Shown here one piece after another: positions 40,501 through 54,409 of a stretch of 64,000 nucleotides of DNA (positions within the stretch are counted from its first letter, which is position 1; each line of letters starts with the position of its first letter). This DNA is from Azolla caroliniana (Eukaryota > Plantae > Polypodiophyta), in NCBI GenBank assembly GCA_043228905.1, contig JBHGNT010000020.1:13950001-14014000 (forward strand). The letters run 5' to 3'. Under the pieces are notes generated by a model. That model did no database searches, was not told the DNA's origin, and saw only the letters and a list, made by a program, of their open reading frames with translations. A program made the translations under genes and the position numbers.

Positions 40501-42688
40501 ATATCAGGCAACACTGCCTTAGTGCATCGCTGAATTTCAGCAACCAGCACATTCTTTTTCATCTGGAATTGGGTGCCACCAATTCCTTGTATATTCCAAG
40601 TTAGCAAACTGAGATTCATATAAGCTGCACCTTCTGAGGCCCAGCCAATGCATTTTCCGCTTCCAATATGGTAGCTAATATCCGATCTTGGAGATTTTCC
40701 TCTTCCAACTGTGTCAGCATTTCAGGGACGTATACCATGAACTCCGTTATCAGATTAGGAAGCTTCCTAAATTTCACATTTATGAAGCATATGCCTTGTT
40801 CATTCGCCTTGCTCGAACTCCAAATCAAGGCATCTTTCCATTGTCTTTTCATTTTCATCCCTATTGCGGTACCATATGATGCGTCTACATAAGCATCCAT
40901 TTGTTGTTCCAAACACCCGAGGGCTTCTTCTCTACTATGTGGCTCCTTAGTTCCCAAGGCCAAAATATAGGACAGACCAGCAACCCCTCCATCACTACAT
41001 TTGCCATATATATTGACTCTACATATGTTGTCCTTCTTCATCTCACTTCCACATAGTTCCTTGAACCACTTTTTGCCCGTCAGATTCACTTTGATCTGTT
41101 GTCCAGTATTTGAGAGGGGGCCCGCCTTGTATTGAAGATTCCAGTTCACTCTTGGCCATTTACGCATCCCTTTATTTTTTTCCATCCCCTTCATCTCCTC
41201 TTTTTTAGCATGCATGTGCCTTTTCATTTTTGCTATCCCCTTAATATCTAGGGTTGTCACCAATGACTTAGACTGCTCTTTCAATGGGCTTACGACCTTT
41301 CCTATGTTTAATTCTCCTACCTCGCCTATACTTTCATGAAGCATCTGGCCAATAACGTCCCCTACCAAGTTGTCCTCCTGGTGTAGTTTCGTCGTATCAT
41401 TAATTACTTCCACATAATTACTCTCATGAGTTGCCTTCGTTCTTTCTTCCCTTTCATTAGGTTTGTATTCATTGTCCTCTAAGGTTAAGAGCGCATACTT
41501 ATTTCTAAGTGGGAGCCATTCTTGTCCGACCATGACTTTTTGTTTGCCTTTATAGGTGTTATGTTTCCATCCATCTTCATTCTTACTCAATGCATGGTTC
41601 ATTCGTTGATTTTTCTGTTGCATCAGACTTGTTTTACATTTTTGTCCTTGCTTCCCATTTCCATGATGCATGTTCTCCTTTCCTCTAGGGCATTCTCGGG
41701 CCATGTGCCCCATCTGTCTACATGCAAAGCATTGCCCTGGGAGTCCCACATACTCAACAGTTTGTACATGGTCAGCCATTTGTTTACTGCTCAACAACAT
41801 TGATTGCGGTAAGGTCTTTACATCCGAAACAATTAGTTTGATCCTCGGTGTTTCACTTATTCTCTCCGCAAGAGTCTTTTACAGGCATTGACCTCCCATA
41901 CTTTTGCCAATGGCCGGGAGAAAGGATTCCCATTGCTTAGGTAAACTAGGAAAAAATGTCGTTACCACTGTAGGATTGCCTATATAAGCATCGGCTTTAC
42001 ACATGTCAAAGTCTGCATCCCAATTGAATACATGGGCCCTCGTATTGTGCCAAATCAATGGGCTGCTCTCAACAATTTTGCATACATTCGTTTCCGGCAT
42101 CACTATAACATGGTAGAAGCCCTTTCCCATAAATGCAATGTCCTTCAATCTACCAAGGTCTTCTTGTAGACAACTTTGCAGCCAATCACGCAATATTGCT
42201 CTATTGGGTCGACTACCCACCACTTTTACTACAAAGGATTCCCGTTTAAGATGTGTTAATTCACTCTCCATTAGGCATTCTTCCTCCGGGGAGAGAACAA
42301 AGGCTCCCATTGCATGCATTGAGGGACCATTTTGATTGTCCACCCCTTGTGTTTCCTGTTCGGTTTCAGCATCAATGCGATTAAATAGATATTCGTGACA
42401 TACCTATGTCCCATTGATGTCGAGAAGGTTTGGGGCTGATGTTTGTGCAGGCTCTGAAGCAGCCGAGTCGTTTTTCGAAGATCCTTCTGCTGCCATCGCT
42501 CCTCACGGCTGAGTCGTAGGTCGATGTCTTTGACAATGTCGTTTGATCCTCCCTCTGCTGTCGGCGCCTCTGATACTCTGTTATCCCGTCGCCGCCTCCT
42601 GGTTAGAAACATTAACTTGTTGAGCCAATGAGCCGCCCTTTCATTTTGTTTGTATCTCCTTCGTGCTTTTAGTTTGTGATCACACACC
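34514..42688 (-). mobile_element. Full-length L1/Tx1-type LINE (ORF1 zinc knuckle; ORF2 APE endonuclease, RT, zf-RVT), interrupted by a Gypsy derivative
   Basis: 22-bp direct repeat TTTCCTACATAAGTTTTTTTTC at 34501-34522 and 42689-42710. ORF1 has CFACRQMGHMAREC. ORF2 has TWNIQG, GGDFN, SDHAPV, LDFEKAYD, RQGCPLAP, YADD and CTVC...HCLWEC. Confidence 0.95.
36148..37692 (-). mobile_element. Internally deleted Gypsy chromovirus (110 bp of 5' LTR + integrase-chromodomain + PPT + complete 3' LTR)
   Basis: 5-bp TSD CATAT (36143-36147, 37693-37697). 36503-36612 is identical to 37583-37692. Open ORF 36599-37558 covers the integrase core, GPF motif and chromodomain. PPT AGAGGGGGAG. Confidence 0.93.
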
Positions 42689-45600
42689 TTTCCTACATAA
42701 GTTTTTTTTCTTATACTTAGCATCATCATACATACATAATTTCTCCTCTTACATGATGTTAAGTTGTTTTGCCAAGATATTTGGTGCATGCTTTAGAAAT
42801 CATATTGTAATACAATTCATGTGAGGTCTATTTGTTTGTGTAGGCCTTGCAGTGACAAAAACTATTTCATGTTCACTTATTTGTTTCAAACTAGAGCACA
42901 AAAGGGACATCTAGCAAGAGATATACCACCATTTTTCTTGTTTGATTTTCTCGTCTACACAATTTCATATAAGCTATCTTTTTTTTTGTTTAGTTGTAGT
43001 TCAATGCATTTGAACCTCCTAGATATATGTGACACGGTCTCACATGGACACATGTGAACGAAGTATGATTGTCATTGAGGGTGGTCAATTTCACAACGAA
43101 TAGTCTCGAGTCAAAGTAGTTTCTACATGTTTGTTTGTATTATGACAAAAAAATAGTACTTACTACTGTTATAAACTTCTACATTCAATAACACCCGCAT
43201 ATATTTAAGAGAGATATATGTGATACACACATTAATATAGGTATGTGGATTTATTTGTCCATACAATATGTTTTTTAAGGCACATATCCACATGTTCTCG
43301 ATATGTGTATGCTCTATAGTTTTCGGCGAAATTGATGGAGGACAAACACAAATACATATGCTTGTGATGGGTATGTGTGCTCACATTGGTTCTTCCCTGG
43401 GGAAGCAAATTCACATGAGTAAATTTAGCATCGGTAAATGAAAAAAATACCTCAACTTAGAAATTAATCGTCTATTCTTTTACTAGAGTTGTTCTAGGTG
43501 TCACAATAACACATTATTTTATTATTTGGATTACCGTAATGATAATACATGTGTGAAGTACTTGTTAGATATATTTTCGGCCAGAGAGATAGACCATATT
43601 ATAATGTCATCCCAACCAGTCTCCAAGATTTGTTTCCCCGAAGGCTATTTTGATTCTCAACTCAAGCTTGAGAGTATCGCCAATACTTTTTTACAATGAT
43701 TTTGCATGTTGATAAGAAAAATGTAAAATGAAACCATTTCAAATTTCAAAAGGATCCATGTGAATAGAGAAGTTGAGCGCCCTCATCATCTAAGTAGTTT
43801 AGACTAAAAACTCTTTCGAAACTCCATTTAGAAGTGTCTATGAAGCACGCCCAATCCAAATGCATTACGTGTTTAAGATATGTTATATAAATGATATCGC
43901 ATATTGCATGGCCAATATTTTTTGTCTACCAATTTAAAAAAATGCAAACTAGCTTGAAGTTAAGCTCTACGTATCTTTTGATTTCTCATTCTTTCTCCAA
44001 ATGGTAATAGTATAAAATGTCAAATACTTTGATCCTGTATCTACTTCGTACATCCTCTAATATGTTTTTTAATCAAAATGCATTTTCTTATAAGAATCAA
44101 TATATATGCATACTAATTCATCCACCATGACCGAATATTTCCTCGATAACATTTTGTTGCAAGACACCAAAATACTCATAGCGTTTTGAATACATATAAG
44201 TTATCACAATACTCATATATAGTGTAAAATATACTATTCTATAGTGGTATTCTAGTAATATCCAAACACTTAGGGAGCTTCTAGTAATGTAGCCAAGAAA
44301 TTAAGGTTATTTTTATATTTTGGGTGGCATCATAACCATAACTTGTGAAATTAGATGTCAGCTATTCTAACTCAACTTATGTGACACACAAGACATATGG
44401 GGAATCAATAACTTCATGGCCAACATGTTAACTTTACTTGGTAAACATTGAATACAAATATTGTTAGTGAACCTATTTGGAGAAACACGATACCATTACA
44501 CAACCGAACACCTAGATTCAATAGAAAAGTTAAGTATGGTATAATCACATAAAAAGGAAGTGTCGATGAGTTTATTCATAAACAAGTCTCTTCCAAGTAA
44601 ACATTTTAAATCTTCCATTCACAAGTTAATATTATTCAAGTGTGTAAACTTGGTACATATTCGTTAAAGCATCTACTATTATAAGACACTACAATTATAT
44701 CCCTCTAGAATCATTCCCTAATCGTAGTATGTCATTCTTTGATGAGGACATCTATGTTTGCCGATCATTCTTTGATGAGGACATCTATGTTTGCAATTAA
44801 AAATTCGTAATCTTGTAATCATGCCATTGGGTTGATTTTTGTTTTCATTTCTAATGATACCAAACACATCTCATAAACTTAGAGTTATTTACTTCCCAAG
44901 ACATTAGTGAATTTGCATAAGTTGTATGCAATCTACAACTTGGTCTCTTATTGAAGGGTCTAGAAACAAGAACCCTTTCCCCCATCGCGATGGTTTTGTT
45001 ATAGGCTATACAAGTAATTTCTAAACATCAAAGAGATTGGGAGATGGTTTGTGTTGCAAATCATGATGATCAAAGAGTAGGTTCTTCTCTTTCAGAAGGT
45101 TCACACAAGTATAATGGTATATCTTTTAGGCTTGTGTGGAGTTGGCCAAGAAGGGATCCTTTGTTTGGATTGTAAGATAAGGATAATCATGAGCCCATCA
45201 AAATGCTCTCATGAGCTTAAGAACCCAATGAGGTACCCAAATGTAAGGCCTATTATTATGTCAAGTAGATCATTGCATGGCCGTATCATTTTGGTTCATT
45301 ACATAAATCTCTTTATTTTCATCCCAAATATTCTTAAAGTACAATCATCCTTTGTCATTGTTACCCCTTTAATTATCTACACACTCATGACATGCAATTT
45401 AAAGCTTCATAGTTCCAGGAAGGAAAGGTTTGAGAAATTGCTCCAACACACATTGATCACTTATGTGACACAAAACAAGGTTTATTTGTTGAAGAATTGA
45501 ATCAAACGAGTCTAAACGATAGAACCAATTTGTGTTTGACACTGTTAGCAATGTGTTTAAACTTTAAAGGAAACACTTGTGTTAATAACGAATATTCAAG

Positions 45601-47109
45601 TCAAGAGCTAAAAGAAAATGACTATGGGGATTCGGGAATGATGACCAATAAATAGATGTCCCCAAAGAGAAGTCATTGGAGAAAAGCGACAAGGTGGAGC
45701 GGGATAGCACAAGTGATAAGATTCCAATGAAAATCAATTGGGTAAAATGACATGATAAGAATTGAGTGTCGAAAGGATATGATACGAAAAGGATATAAAT
45801 AATAAGAGTCATGTAACCAAGGTAGAGTGTACATTGGGAGACTAAATCTAAGGAATTCAAAGTGAACCAGAAGTTGGCCATAATGTCTTAATCCTAGCTT
45901 GATGATATTACAGTATAGCAACAACAAGCTAAGGATTTCTATGGCCATGACTAAGACTGTAGATCCAAGTCCCAGTAATGTTCAGAAGAATCTATTCAAA
46001 TGTTTGACCCATACACATATTCATATTTTAATAAGTTCGTCGCACTATTTTTTCCTAGATCGGCCTCTTTAATAAGCTCCATAGATCATATTTGACCGTC
46101 AAAGATGATAATAAAATATATTTGCCTATTCATTGATCTATCAAAGAATTTATCTCATGTTACATGAAAAGTAAAAGTTGTTTAACTTAATTCTATTTTT
46201 ATATAAATCTATAGTATTTGATTATGAGTAGTCAAGCAATGTTGAAATTAGTGAGCATAATTATAGAATTGTATACACGATAAAAATAACCATAAATTCC
46301 AATTTCCCGCCAATATGGCTTAAGCGCAATGTTATGTATATATAATATATTGTTGCTATAGAAACTTGAACCATCGACACAAGAGCTCCAACATTTGAAT
46401 CTTCGCATCAATATCAATTTAAATAACCAAATCCAACATTTGAATCTCTACATCAATATCAAATGAAATAGACAAATACAAAGAAGAGGGGGGTGTGCGT
46501 TAGAACATAGATCCTCACTTCCGTGTGGTATCAGAATGACACAATACCACACACACTTTCTCCACCTGATCTAGATATAAGATTGGATACACATCTTATG
46601 CAAGACTAATGTGCTTCTCGCTAGCCAAATATGCACCTCTTCACGTCGTCTTAAAATAGAGACTTGTAGACCGAAGGGCACAATAATTGACACCAAGCTA
46701 GCAAAACTATGTGTGAGGGAGGAACATCATATGTACAGATGAAAGAAATAATCTAGTATCCAAGGAAAATATGGTTGTTTCTTCGAAGACCTCTTTCGAC
46801 CATTTGCACCATGGTATGTATTTGTGTTTGGGGCTTTTTATAACATGGGTCTTGAGTGACATAAATGATCAACAATATTGAAAGATAGGGCACTCCCACA
46901 TCAAGTAGGGCTAGGTGATTCCTCCACACGCACATGGGGGAAGAATGAGTTACCCACACATTCTCCACAAATAGATAACAACCATAATCAGAAGCTGGAG
47001 TCAAGATTTGTCAACCATAATAACTAGAAATCGAATAACATGATCGATCGATCATATCTTCTCATTTATACTATTACTATCTTGGTTAGTGTTTGTTAAT
47101 TCTCGTATC

Positions 47110-47590
47110 TTTGGAAGTATGAAGATTTTTGTGGGTCAGGCAAAACTATAGTTGGTGTTTTGTCTTAAATTGGGAGAAATGACCAGACATCTTCGTTCGT
47201 CTTGCATTCTTTCGCACTCTCGGCTTGACGTCGCCGGCCTTAAATTTATTCTTCTTACTTTCGCATGCTCGGTTCAGCGTTTTGTTAATTCATGTGTCCT
47301 TTGCAAGGACAAAGGTTGTTGTGGGTCAGACACAAGCCACGACCAGGGTCCATCTTTGGAGAGAAAATGACCGGACATATTCGTTCTTCTTGCATTTTTT
47401 TCACACTCTCGCTTCACGTCGTCAGGTTCGTTCTCCTTGCTTTTTTTCACACTCTCGGTTCAATTGTCTTAGGACGGACGAAGGTTATCGTGGGTCGGAC
47501 AAGCCACAAGGTTATCGTGGGTCTTTCGAGAGACAGAGAGAAATGACCGGACGGACAATCTTCGTTCCTCTTGCTTTCACACTATCCCAA
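47110..47590. repeat. Diverged ~185 bp tandem repeat upstream of remorin, about 3 copies
   Basis: GTGGGTC.GAC...GAGAAATGACC.GAC...TTCGTTC.TCTTGC recurs near 47130, 47320 and 47490-47520. Confidence 0.75.
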
Positions 47591-47850
47591 GGCCCCGGAC
47601 AGAAAACACAAGTACCTGAGTTCAAATCCGGCTTTACCCACAACTAAACATACTGTGCTGCTCACACATATAATCTTCTCTACCATTCAAGTGAGTTCTG
47701 TTATAATCATCATTATCCAGACCTAAATTAGCTACTTCTGATCTTCGTTAGTGTGCTAATATCGCCACTCTATTCCCCTTAATTACAGTGATTAAGCCCC
47801 TCCGATTAGCTCTGATTAGCTGAGAGTTGGCATTATTAGCTCGATTCGTG

Positions 47851-50800
47851 ATGGGTTTTGATCAATCTCCTGTGTCCATTTCTACTGATTCTACCCATCC
47901 AGCGAATTGTGTTACGCCAATTCCATCTGATGATTCTTCTGCTACCTCTTGCATTTGTGATGATGGATCAGTAGGAAAACCCCGCTCTAATCATTCTGCA
48001 GGAAGTATACGCAATAGCTCGCTGAATTACCATAGCTCCATCGATCGTTCCACCTCTCAGGAGGAGCTCTGTGATAACATTCTGATCAGCAGCTCAGAAG
48101 ACAACAACAACAACAACAAGGACGATAGTGGGGCCATTAAGGTAGTATTTAGCACTTAATCTCTTCCTTAATAAATTAATTAAACTGTTTCCTCTTTCCT
48201 GGCTCATCATTTCTTTTCTTGATTTGTTCTTCTTCTCAGCAGCATCAGATCGTTAATCCGATGATTGAGCCGCCTGATACTGCGATTAGCGGCAAAAGCA
48301 TCCACGATTCCGCGATTAAGAGACCCATTGCAGGCTTCATAATGCGCAAATCCAGCTCATTCTCTGCAGTCAAGGCAGAGATGCTGAAGCTGGACAATCT
48401 TGATTACCACACATTAATGCATGATGAGACTGCAAAGGCGAATCATCAGAATCCTGCGAGCCCACAACTACAGCAGAGATTAGTGCCGCACCGCATCAGT
48501 ACGGGGGACCTGATTAACTACCCTAATGATCTAGATCGCAACCCTAATTACTATCCTCGAAGCAGCTTCTCAGGGATGGCCACAAGCTCCAAGATTACTG
48601 CTCATCGCCATAATTACAACCATTCTCGACATAAGCAGATGATGATGATGAGCTCCAGTAAATGGGATGATGCAGAGAAATGGCTCCTCAATCGTAGCCC
48701 GCCTCAATGCCTGCATAAGCGCCATCATCCTTACTATAATGATCCTCGATCTGTTGGCACTGTCACAGCGCCGCCGCCTCTAATTCGATCTAATGATCAC
48801 TCGGCGGTGGCGTTTTCATCTTCCTCCTCCTCAGACTGCCGCACTGCGCCGCCTCGATTCATTCATTTCAGCGGCCATGAAGCAGAGCCCGAAGCTTCGT
48901 CCGCCATCGCCGTCTCTGTTAAGCTCGGCGGCAAGACCATTACAGGCAGCCCTGCGTCCCCAGGGCAACTGAATAAGCAGAGCCTCGGCCGGATGATCCG
49001 TTTCGGCAAATCAGATGGCGGCAGTCGGAAGAATAAGCTAGTGAAATCCATGGCGCCGCGACAGAAGGTCGTGGGGGATTCAGACGCTCATCAGATGCAG
49101 TGCTGCATGACCGTGGTGCAGAGAGCGGCGTCTATAACGTTTTCTGATCTCCCGCCTCCTCCTCCTCCTCCTCCGCAATCCGATGATCATGGCAGCAGTA
49201 AGGAGCTAAAATCCATGGGTTTAGGGTTTAGAGGTTTGAACTTTGGGGGTTTAGGGCCAACCCTAAACTCTAAATTGTGAACAGAAATCATTAATTGATG
49301 CCTGCATTATTCTGTGATGTTTTTTGTCTAAAAAGCAGAGTTTAGGGTTTAGGGTGGTCAACCCTAAGCCCTAAATTGTGAAACAAAAATCATTATTGGA
49401 TGCCTGGTTTATTCTGTCATGACTTTCTCTGCAGAGCAGGGCAGGATTCTGCATGGGTTTAGAGTTTAGGTCAACCCTAAACCCTAAATTATGAAACAAG
49501 AATCATTATTGGATGCCTGCATTATTCTGTGATGACTTCGTCGGCAGAGCAGAGCAGGAATTCTGCATGGGTTTAGGGTTTAGCTGAACCCTAAGCCGTA
49601 AATTATGAAACAAAAAATCATTATTGGCTGCCTGCATTATTCTGTGATGACTTTGCCTGCAGATCAACGCAGGATTCTGCATGGGTTTAGGGTGTAGAGG
49701 TTTAGGGTTTAGGTGAACCCTAAACTCTAAATCGAGAACAAAATTCATAATTTGGATGCCTGCATTAATTCTGTGATGATGTCGTTGCAGATTCTGCATG
49801 GGTTTAGGGATTAGGGGAACCCAGAACCCTAAACTGTGAGCAAAAATTATGATTGGATGCCTGCATTAATCCTGCGATGATTTTGTCTGCAGATGAGGGC
49901 AGGGCTGTGCATGTTGACAAATCGGAGAAGATGAGCGCAGGGATGTGCATGAATCAGGTGGTGTGGCAGGGGCAAGATAAATATAAGCGCAGCAACATTG
50001 ATTCAGAGGAACTAAGCTGGAGATCACCGGCGCAGGTGAATGGCAGCCTAATCATGAGGTCGGAAGCGCCGAAGAAGAGGGTGGTGGTGGTACGGCCAGC
50101 GGGAGGAGGCGGCGGCGGCGGCGGCGGAAGTGGCGGCGCCGCCTCCACGATGACGATGATGAGAGATGCCTCCACCGAAGTCTCGCCCAGATGTTCCACT
50201 TATAAGGCGGAGGCGGAGCGTTCTGCTGCTTCGCCGCCGCCTCATCATCATCATCATCAGAGGCGGCGAGACATGGGCACGCAGATAACGCCCCTGCCTA
50301 ATAGCTCCAGAGCCTCAGCCGCCGCCACGCCCCGCCAGGAGAATCTTCTCCTCTCCTGCGAGCTCGTAGATCCGAAGGAATCTAAGAATCTGTATGATTC
50401 GCATGGCGCCGCCGCCGCCGCCGCCATTAAACCTTCTGCTTCTTCCGCCGCCGCCGCCGCATCGAAACAGGGAGATATACAGCGCCGCCTCTTCGGGAAA
50501 CAAGGGGCGGATGAGAAACAGAGTTATTATCCGCCCGCGCCACCATCAGATCAATCCATGGATCTGAGCAGCAGCAGGAGCAGCAGCAGCAGATTAGCGA
50601 TTAGGGCAACTAATAGTGCCCCAGATCCAAACCCTCCCGCTCATGTCCATCCTCATGCTTCCATTTCAACTGTGCCGCCACCACTCGATAGCCTGATCGT
50701 GTCCACCTGCTGGTTCGATCAAGACGAAACTGCACGATTCAAGCATTCCTCGAAGTAATTAGATTGGATCATGTTCATTTAATCAGGATCGTTAATCACC

Positions 50801-52025
50801 TGCGCACAGACAGACACAGAGAAATCTATCTATCTATCTATCTATCCATATATATATGTGCAGACAAATCTAATACTTAATGTGAATTACAGAATTCCGC
50901 CAGTCATCAGAGTCTTTGAATGCAGGCATGTCCATTAAGGGCATGTCTACCATATCTTATGTATCTATCTATATATATATAGATAGATAGATAGATATAG
51001 TGAAAACCTAACAAATTACAGATGGCATATAGTTCTGATGTTCCTTTAATGTGTGTGTGTGTTGATGTTTCGCAGAGAGATCGGTACGGCAGAATGAATC
51101 TAATCAATTGTTTTGGATGCGTAGGTTTGTACGCGAGGCGGCTCGGATCGATGCGTGGGAAAAGCATCAGAAAGCAAAAGCTGAGGCTGAGCTGAAGAAG
51201 CTCGAGGTAATGAAATGAATCTAATTGATACTCTGAATTGTCTAAATTTTGGATGATTAATGAATCAAATTGATACTCTCAATTGTCTAAAACTTGGATG
51301 ATTAATGAATCAAATTGATACTCTGAATTGTCTAAAATTTGGATGATTAATGAATCAAATTGATACTCTGAATTGTCTAAAATTTGGATGATTAATGAAT
51401 CAAATCGATACTCTCAATTGTCTGAAATTTGGTGATTAATGAATCAAATTGATATTCTCAATTACTTAAAATTTGTATGAACAATGAATGAAATTGATAC
51501 TCTCAATCACTTAAAATTTGGATGAACAATGAATCAAATTGATACTCTCAATCACTTAAAATTCGGATGATCAATGAATCAAATTAATACTCTCAATCAT
51601 TTAAAATTGGGATGATCAATCAATCAAATTAATACTCTCAACTACTGAAAATTTGGATGATTAATGAATCGAATTGATACTCTCAAATCAATCCATATGT
51701 GCATATGGACCTACTGAATTGTAATCGAGGAACTAATATAGCATTGAGCATCTTTGGATGGCGCTAGATGAAATTGGAGAGATTGAGATCACGAGCTACG
51801 GAGAAGATAATGAACAGAGTGGCTGCAGCCCGAGTGCGGGCGGCCGAGATGCGGGCGGCCGTGAGCGCTCGTCAGGCGGAACAGCTAGCCAAATCTCTCG
51901 AGAGGGGTAACACAAATCATCATCATCATCATCATCATCAGAACCAATATGTGAACATAAGATCGAGGGGTAGCAATTACTTCTCTGAATCATTGGGTGT
52001 TTGTTTCCCTGCTATTCTGCCATGA
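47851..52025 (+). CDS. REM: Remorin (group 6-like), 5 exons, ~816 aa
   Basis: Exons 47851-48141, 48240-49197, 49893-50754, 51125-51206 and 51768-52025 are phase-consistent GT-AG. Motifs SSKWDDAEKWL, RDASTE and RDMGTQITP, plus Remorin_C (FVREAARIDAWEKHQKAKAEAELKKLEMKLERLRSRATEKIMNR). Confidence 0.88.
49210..49895. repeat. ~115 bp intronic tandem repeat carrying inverted telomere-type TTTAGGG/CCCTAAA motifs
   Basis: About 6 units of ATGGGTTTAGGGTTTAG..AACCCTAAACCCTAAATT.TGA..GGATGCCTGCATTATTCTGTGATGAC..CTGCAG. Confidence 0.9.
51215..51690. repeat. 44-bp intronic minisatellite, about 11 copies
   Basis: Unit ATGAATCAAATTGATACTCT.AATTGTCTAAAATTTGGATGATTA. Confidence 0.95.
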
Positions 52026-52419
52026 AATCAGTTTTTGCATCTTTTCTCTGATTGATTTCACTGATCATTCCTTCATAGAATGGATTTAGATGATCCGATT
52101 TCAATACAAATCTGCAATTGTGAGCAACCACCATCAGAGATTTAGCTCAAAAAATGATTGGGGGGTAGGGATTGGGGAAGGTAACACAGTTTACAGTTAA
52201 TGAAGAAGTGTGTACAATATTTTGGACATGGGCGGCCCATTATTTACAATTGGGTGGACAAATTACAATGACCGGTCCATGATCATCTATCCATCTTTGA
52301 ACCATATGCCCAATAGCTCTCATATAGAGTAACATACATACATCTATAGACTATACATATATGTGTATGTCCATCCCATCTCTTCTTTTTTTAGGGTTTA
52401 CAATATTGGTACCAAGGAT

Positions 52420-52950
52420 CGATCAAATTCTGTGTGTTTTGTAGTGTGCTCATGAACTCGTTTACTCCTAGCGACCAAAATTGATCGATCCGTGCTTTTA
52501 CAACGTGTTCTTGTTCCCAAGGGCCAGAGTCGATCCGTGATTTTACAATTTGTTCTTGTTCCTAGGGGCCAAAGGTCGATCCGTGCCCTTATAGTTATGC
52601 TCCCTTATGAATACAGTAACTTGTATTTGTATCAAGAATCAATCTTTCTTATTGTCATCACGGCTTGTATTCGTAGGGAGAATCAATTTGTGCCTCTAGA
52701 ATGTGTACTCGCACCCCGAAAATCGGTCTTGTGTTTTTTATGGTCATGATTTGAATTCATATCAAGAACCAATCCTTCTTGTTATGGTCAAGACTTGTTT
52801 TCGTTATATGGAGAATCAATTGGTAATTTTAAGGTTTAGGGTGAAATAGTATTGACAATTGATCCATGGGTTTATGGTTTGTATCCTTGCTCCTACAATT
52901 AGCATTTTATTGAGAATCAATCCGTGCTTTATTGGTTTGTGATGGTGTTT
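52420..52950. repeat. Diverged ~45 bp repeat array downstream of remorin
   Basis: TCGATCCGTG.TTTTACAA..TGTTCTTGTTCC.A.GGGCCA units at 52485-52590, with more diverged AATCAATC/T units beyond. Confidence 0.7.
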
Positions 52951-54409
52951 AACGTAACTGAAGGTTTGTGACCGTGTTTAACATTGAAGGTTTGTGACAC
53001 TTGACAAGCTAGGAATTGCGTTTGGTTACCACACGAGTGAATGAGGGACAATAGAACATTTGTAGATGCATAAGCCTCCGAAAATCTTAGATGTGCCTAT
53101 ACAAGAACGTCAAGCTTATTAGGATTTCCTTAGCCTCATTCTTATCTACATCCAAACTATAGATATTGTATTGACCAAACCTTGTTTAGTTTTTCACATA
53201 TTCATGCACTTTCATGTGTGTTTTACGCCTCCAATACCTTACCCGAATTGGATTGTGCCAATATGCTAAATCAACTTTTGGTTCCTATGTTTATATGCCT
53301 TCAAGGCACTCTTCTGTAGACACGTCACACAACTATGAGTTTACTTTTTATTCTCGTGCTCATTTGTCTTGTCTTCTTCTTTCATACAACACATCATGCC
53401 CTTACAAATGTAAATATCCTCGTGTGAAGCATGGATGGAACATCAACTGACACAAAGAAACCTCCTCGATGGGGTAAAGACCATGTGATGTATGTAGGAG
53501 AGTGCCTCAAATTTCCATACAATACAGGTCCTAGCGAATGGCCAAAATGTTTGATTCCTCCATTTTGTCCATCAAATTCAAAGGTAACTACCAATTGTGA
53601 TGCTTTCGGGACGAGACTCTCCATGCTTATGACATATTGTTCTTGAAAGTGCAAAGGAGACTGCCCAATATGAAGTCTCATGCTCAATGTACTATAGTTG
53701 TACAAATGCTTTAGTTGCGTATTTCCATACTCTCTTGAAACACGCCCCCCATAGAATTTGACTAGAGCCTCTTTAAATATTATTTTGGAATGGATAACTT
53801 TATGTTTTGCTTTTCAAAGTGAAGAATATTTTTAATGAACAAAAATGACAAATGACAATTATGATGTAAACTACCATCCCAGTGATTAATTATTCAAATC
53901 CGTGCTTATGTGCAACTAGAAATTAGGAGTTTGTGAATGATTTTGAAACAAAGATACATGTACGAATAGTATGGAAATGAAGTTGTATGTAGTGTGGTGA
54001 TGGGGGGTTCATTCAACAAAATATTTTTAAGAGTGCCCATTAATATAATCACAAATCAAAGTTATAAGTCGGCATGCACATGATGTTGTAGAACTTGAAT
54101 ACATTATGAGTAAATAAATTATAGAGGTGACATATAATGGAAGAATTAATGATGACTACTACATGGAAAATTGTTAATAGAGTTTAAACACATCATGCCA
54201 TGCCCTCCTGTAGAGGGCATAAGCTTCTATCTAGGCAGCATATGGTGGCAAATTGCAATTGAGAGCTCATTTGAGTATTGTATGCTCGAGCATCAAATAA
54301 CTAGAACCGTACGTCTCTAAGCTTTGACTGTTTAGTAGAAAAGCTCTACAATCCCATGAGGCCAATATATGAAACTGTTTTAATATCAAATTAATCTCCA
54401 AGTATGAGG

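Noticed and set aside
46520-46560. PBS-like TGGTATCAGA within a small GTGTGGTAT/ATACCACAC hairpin
   Set aside because: No LTR or gag context was found nearby.
49210-49860. True telomere or chromosome-fusion site
   Set aside because: Only 2-4 motifs per unit, embedded in a complex repeat inside an intact gene intron.
51215-51690. CRISPR-like appearance of regular repeats (also 54410-54690)
   Set aside because: They are head-to-tail units with no unique spacers, in a eukaryotic context with no cas genes.
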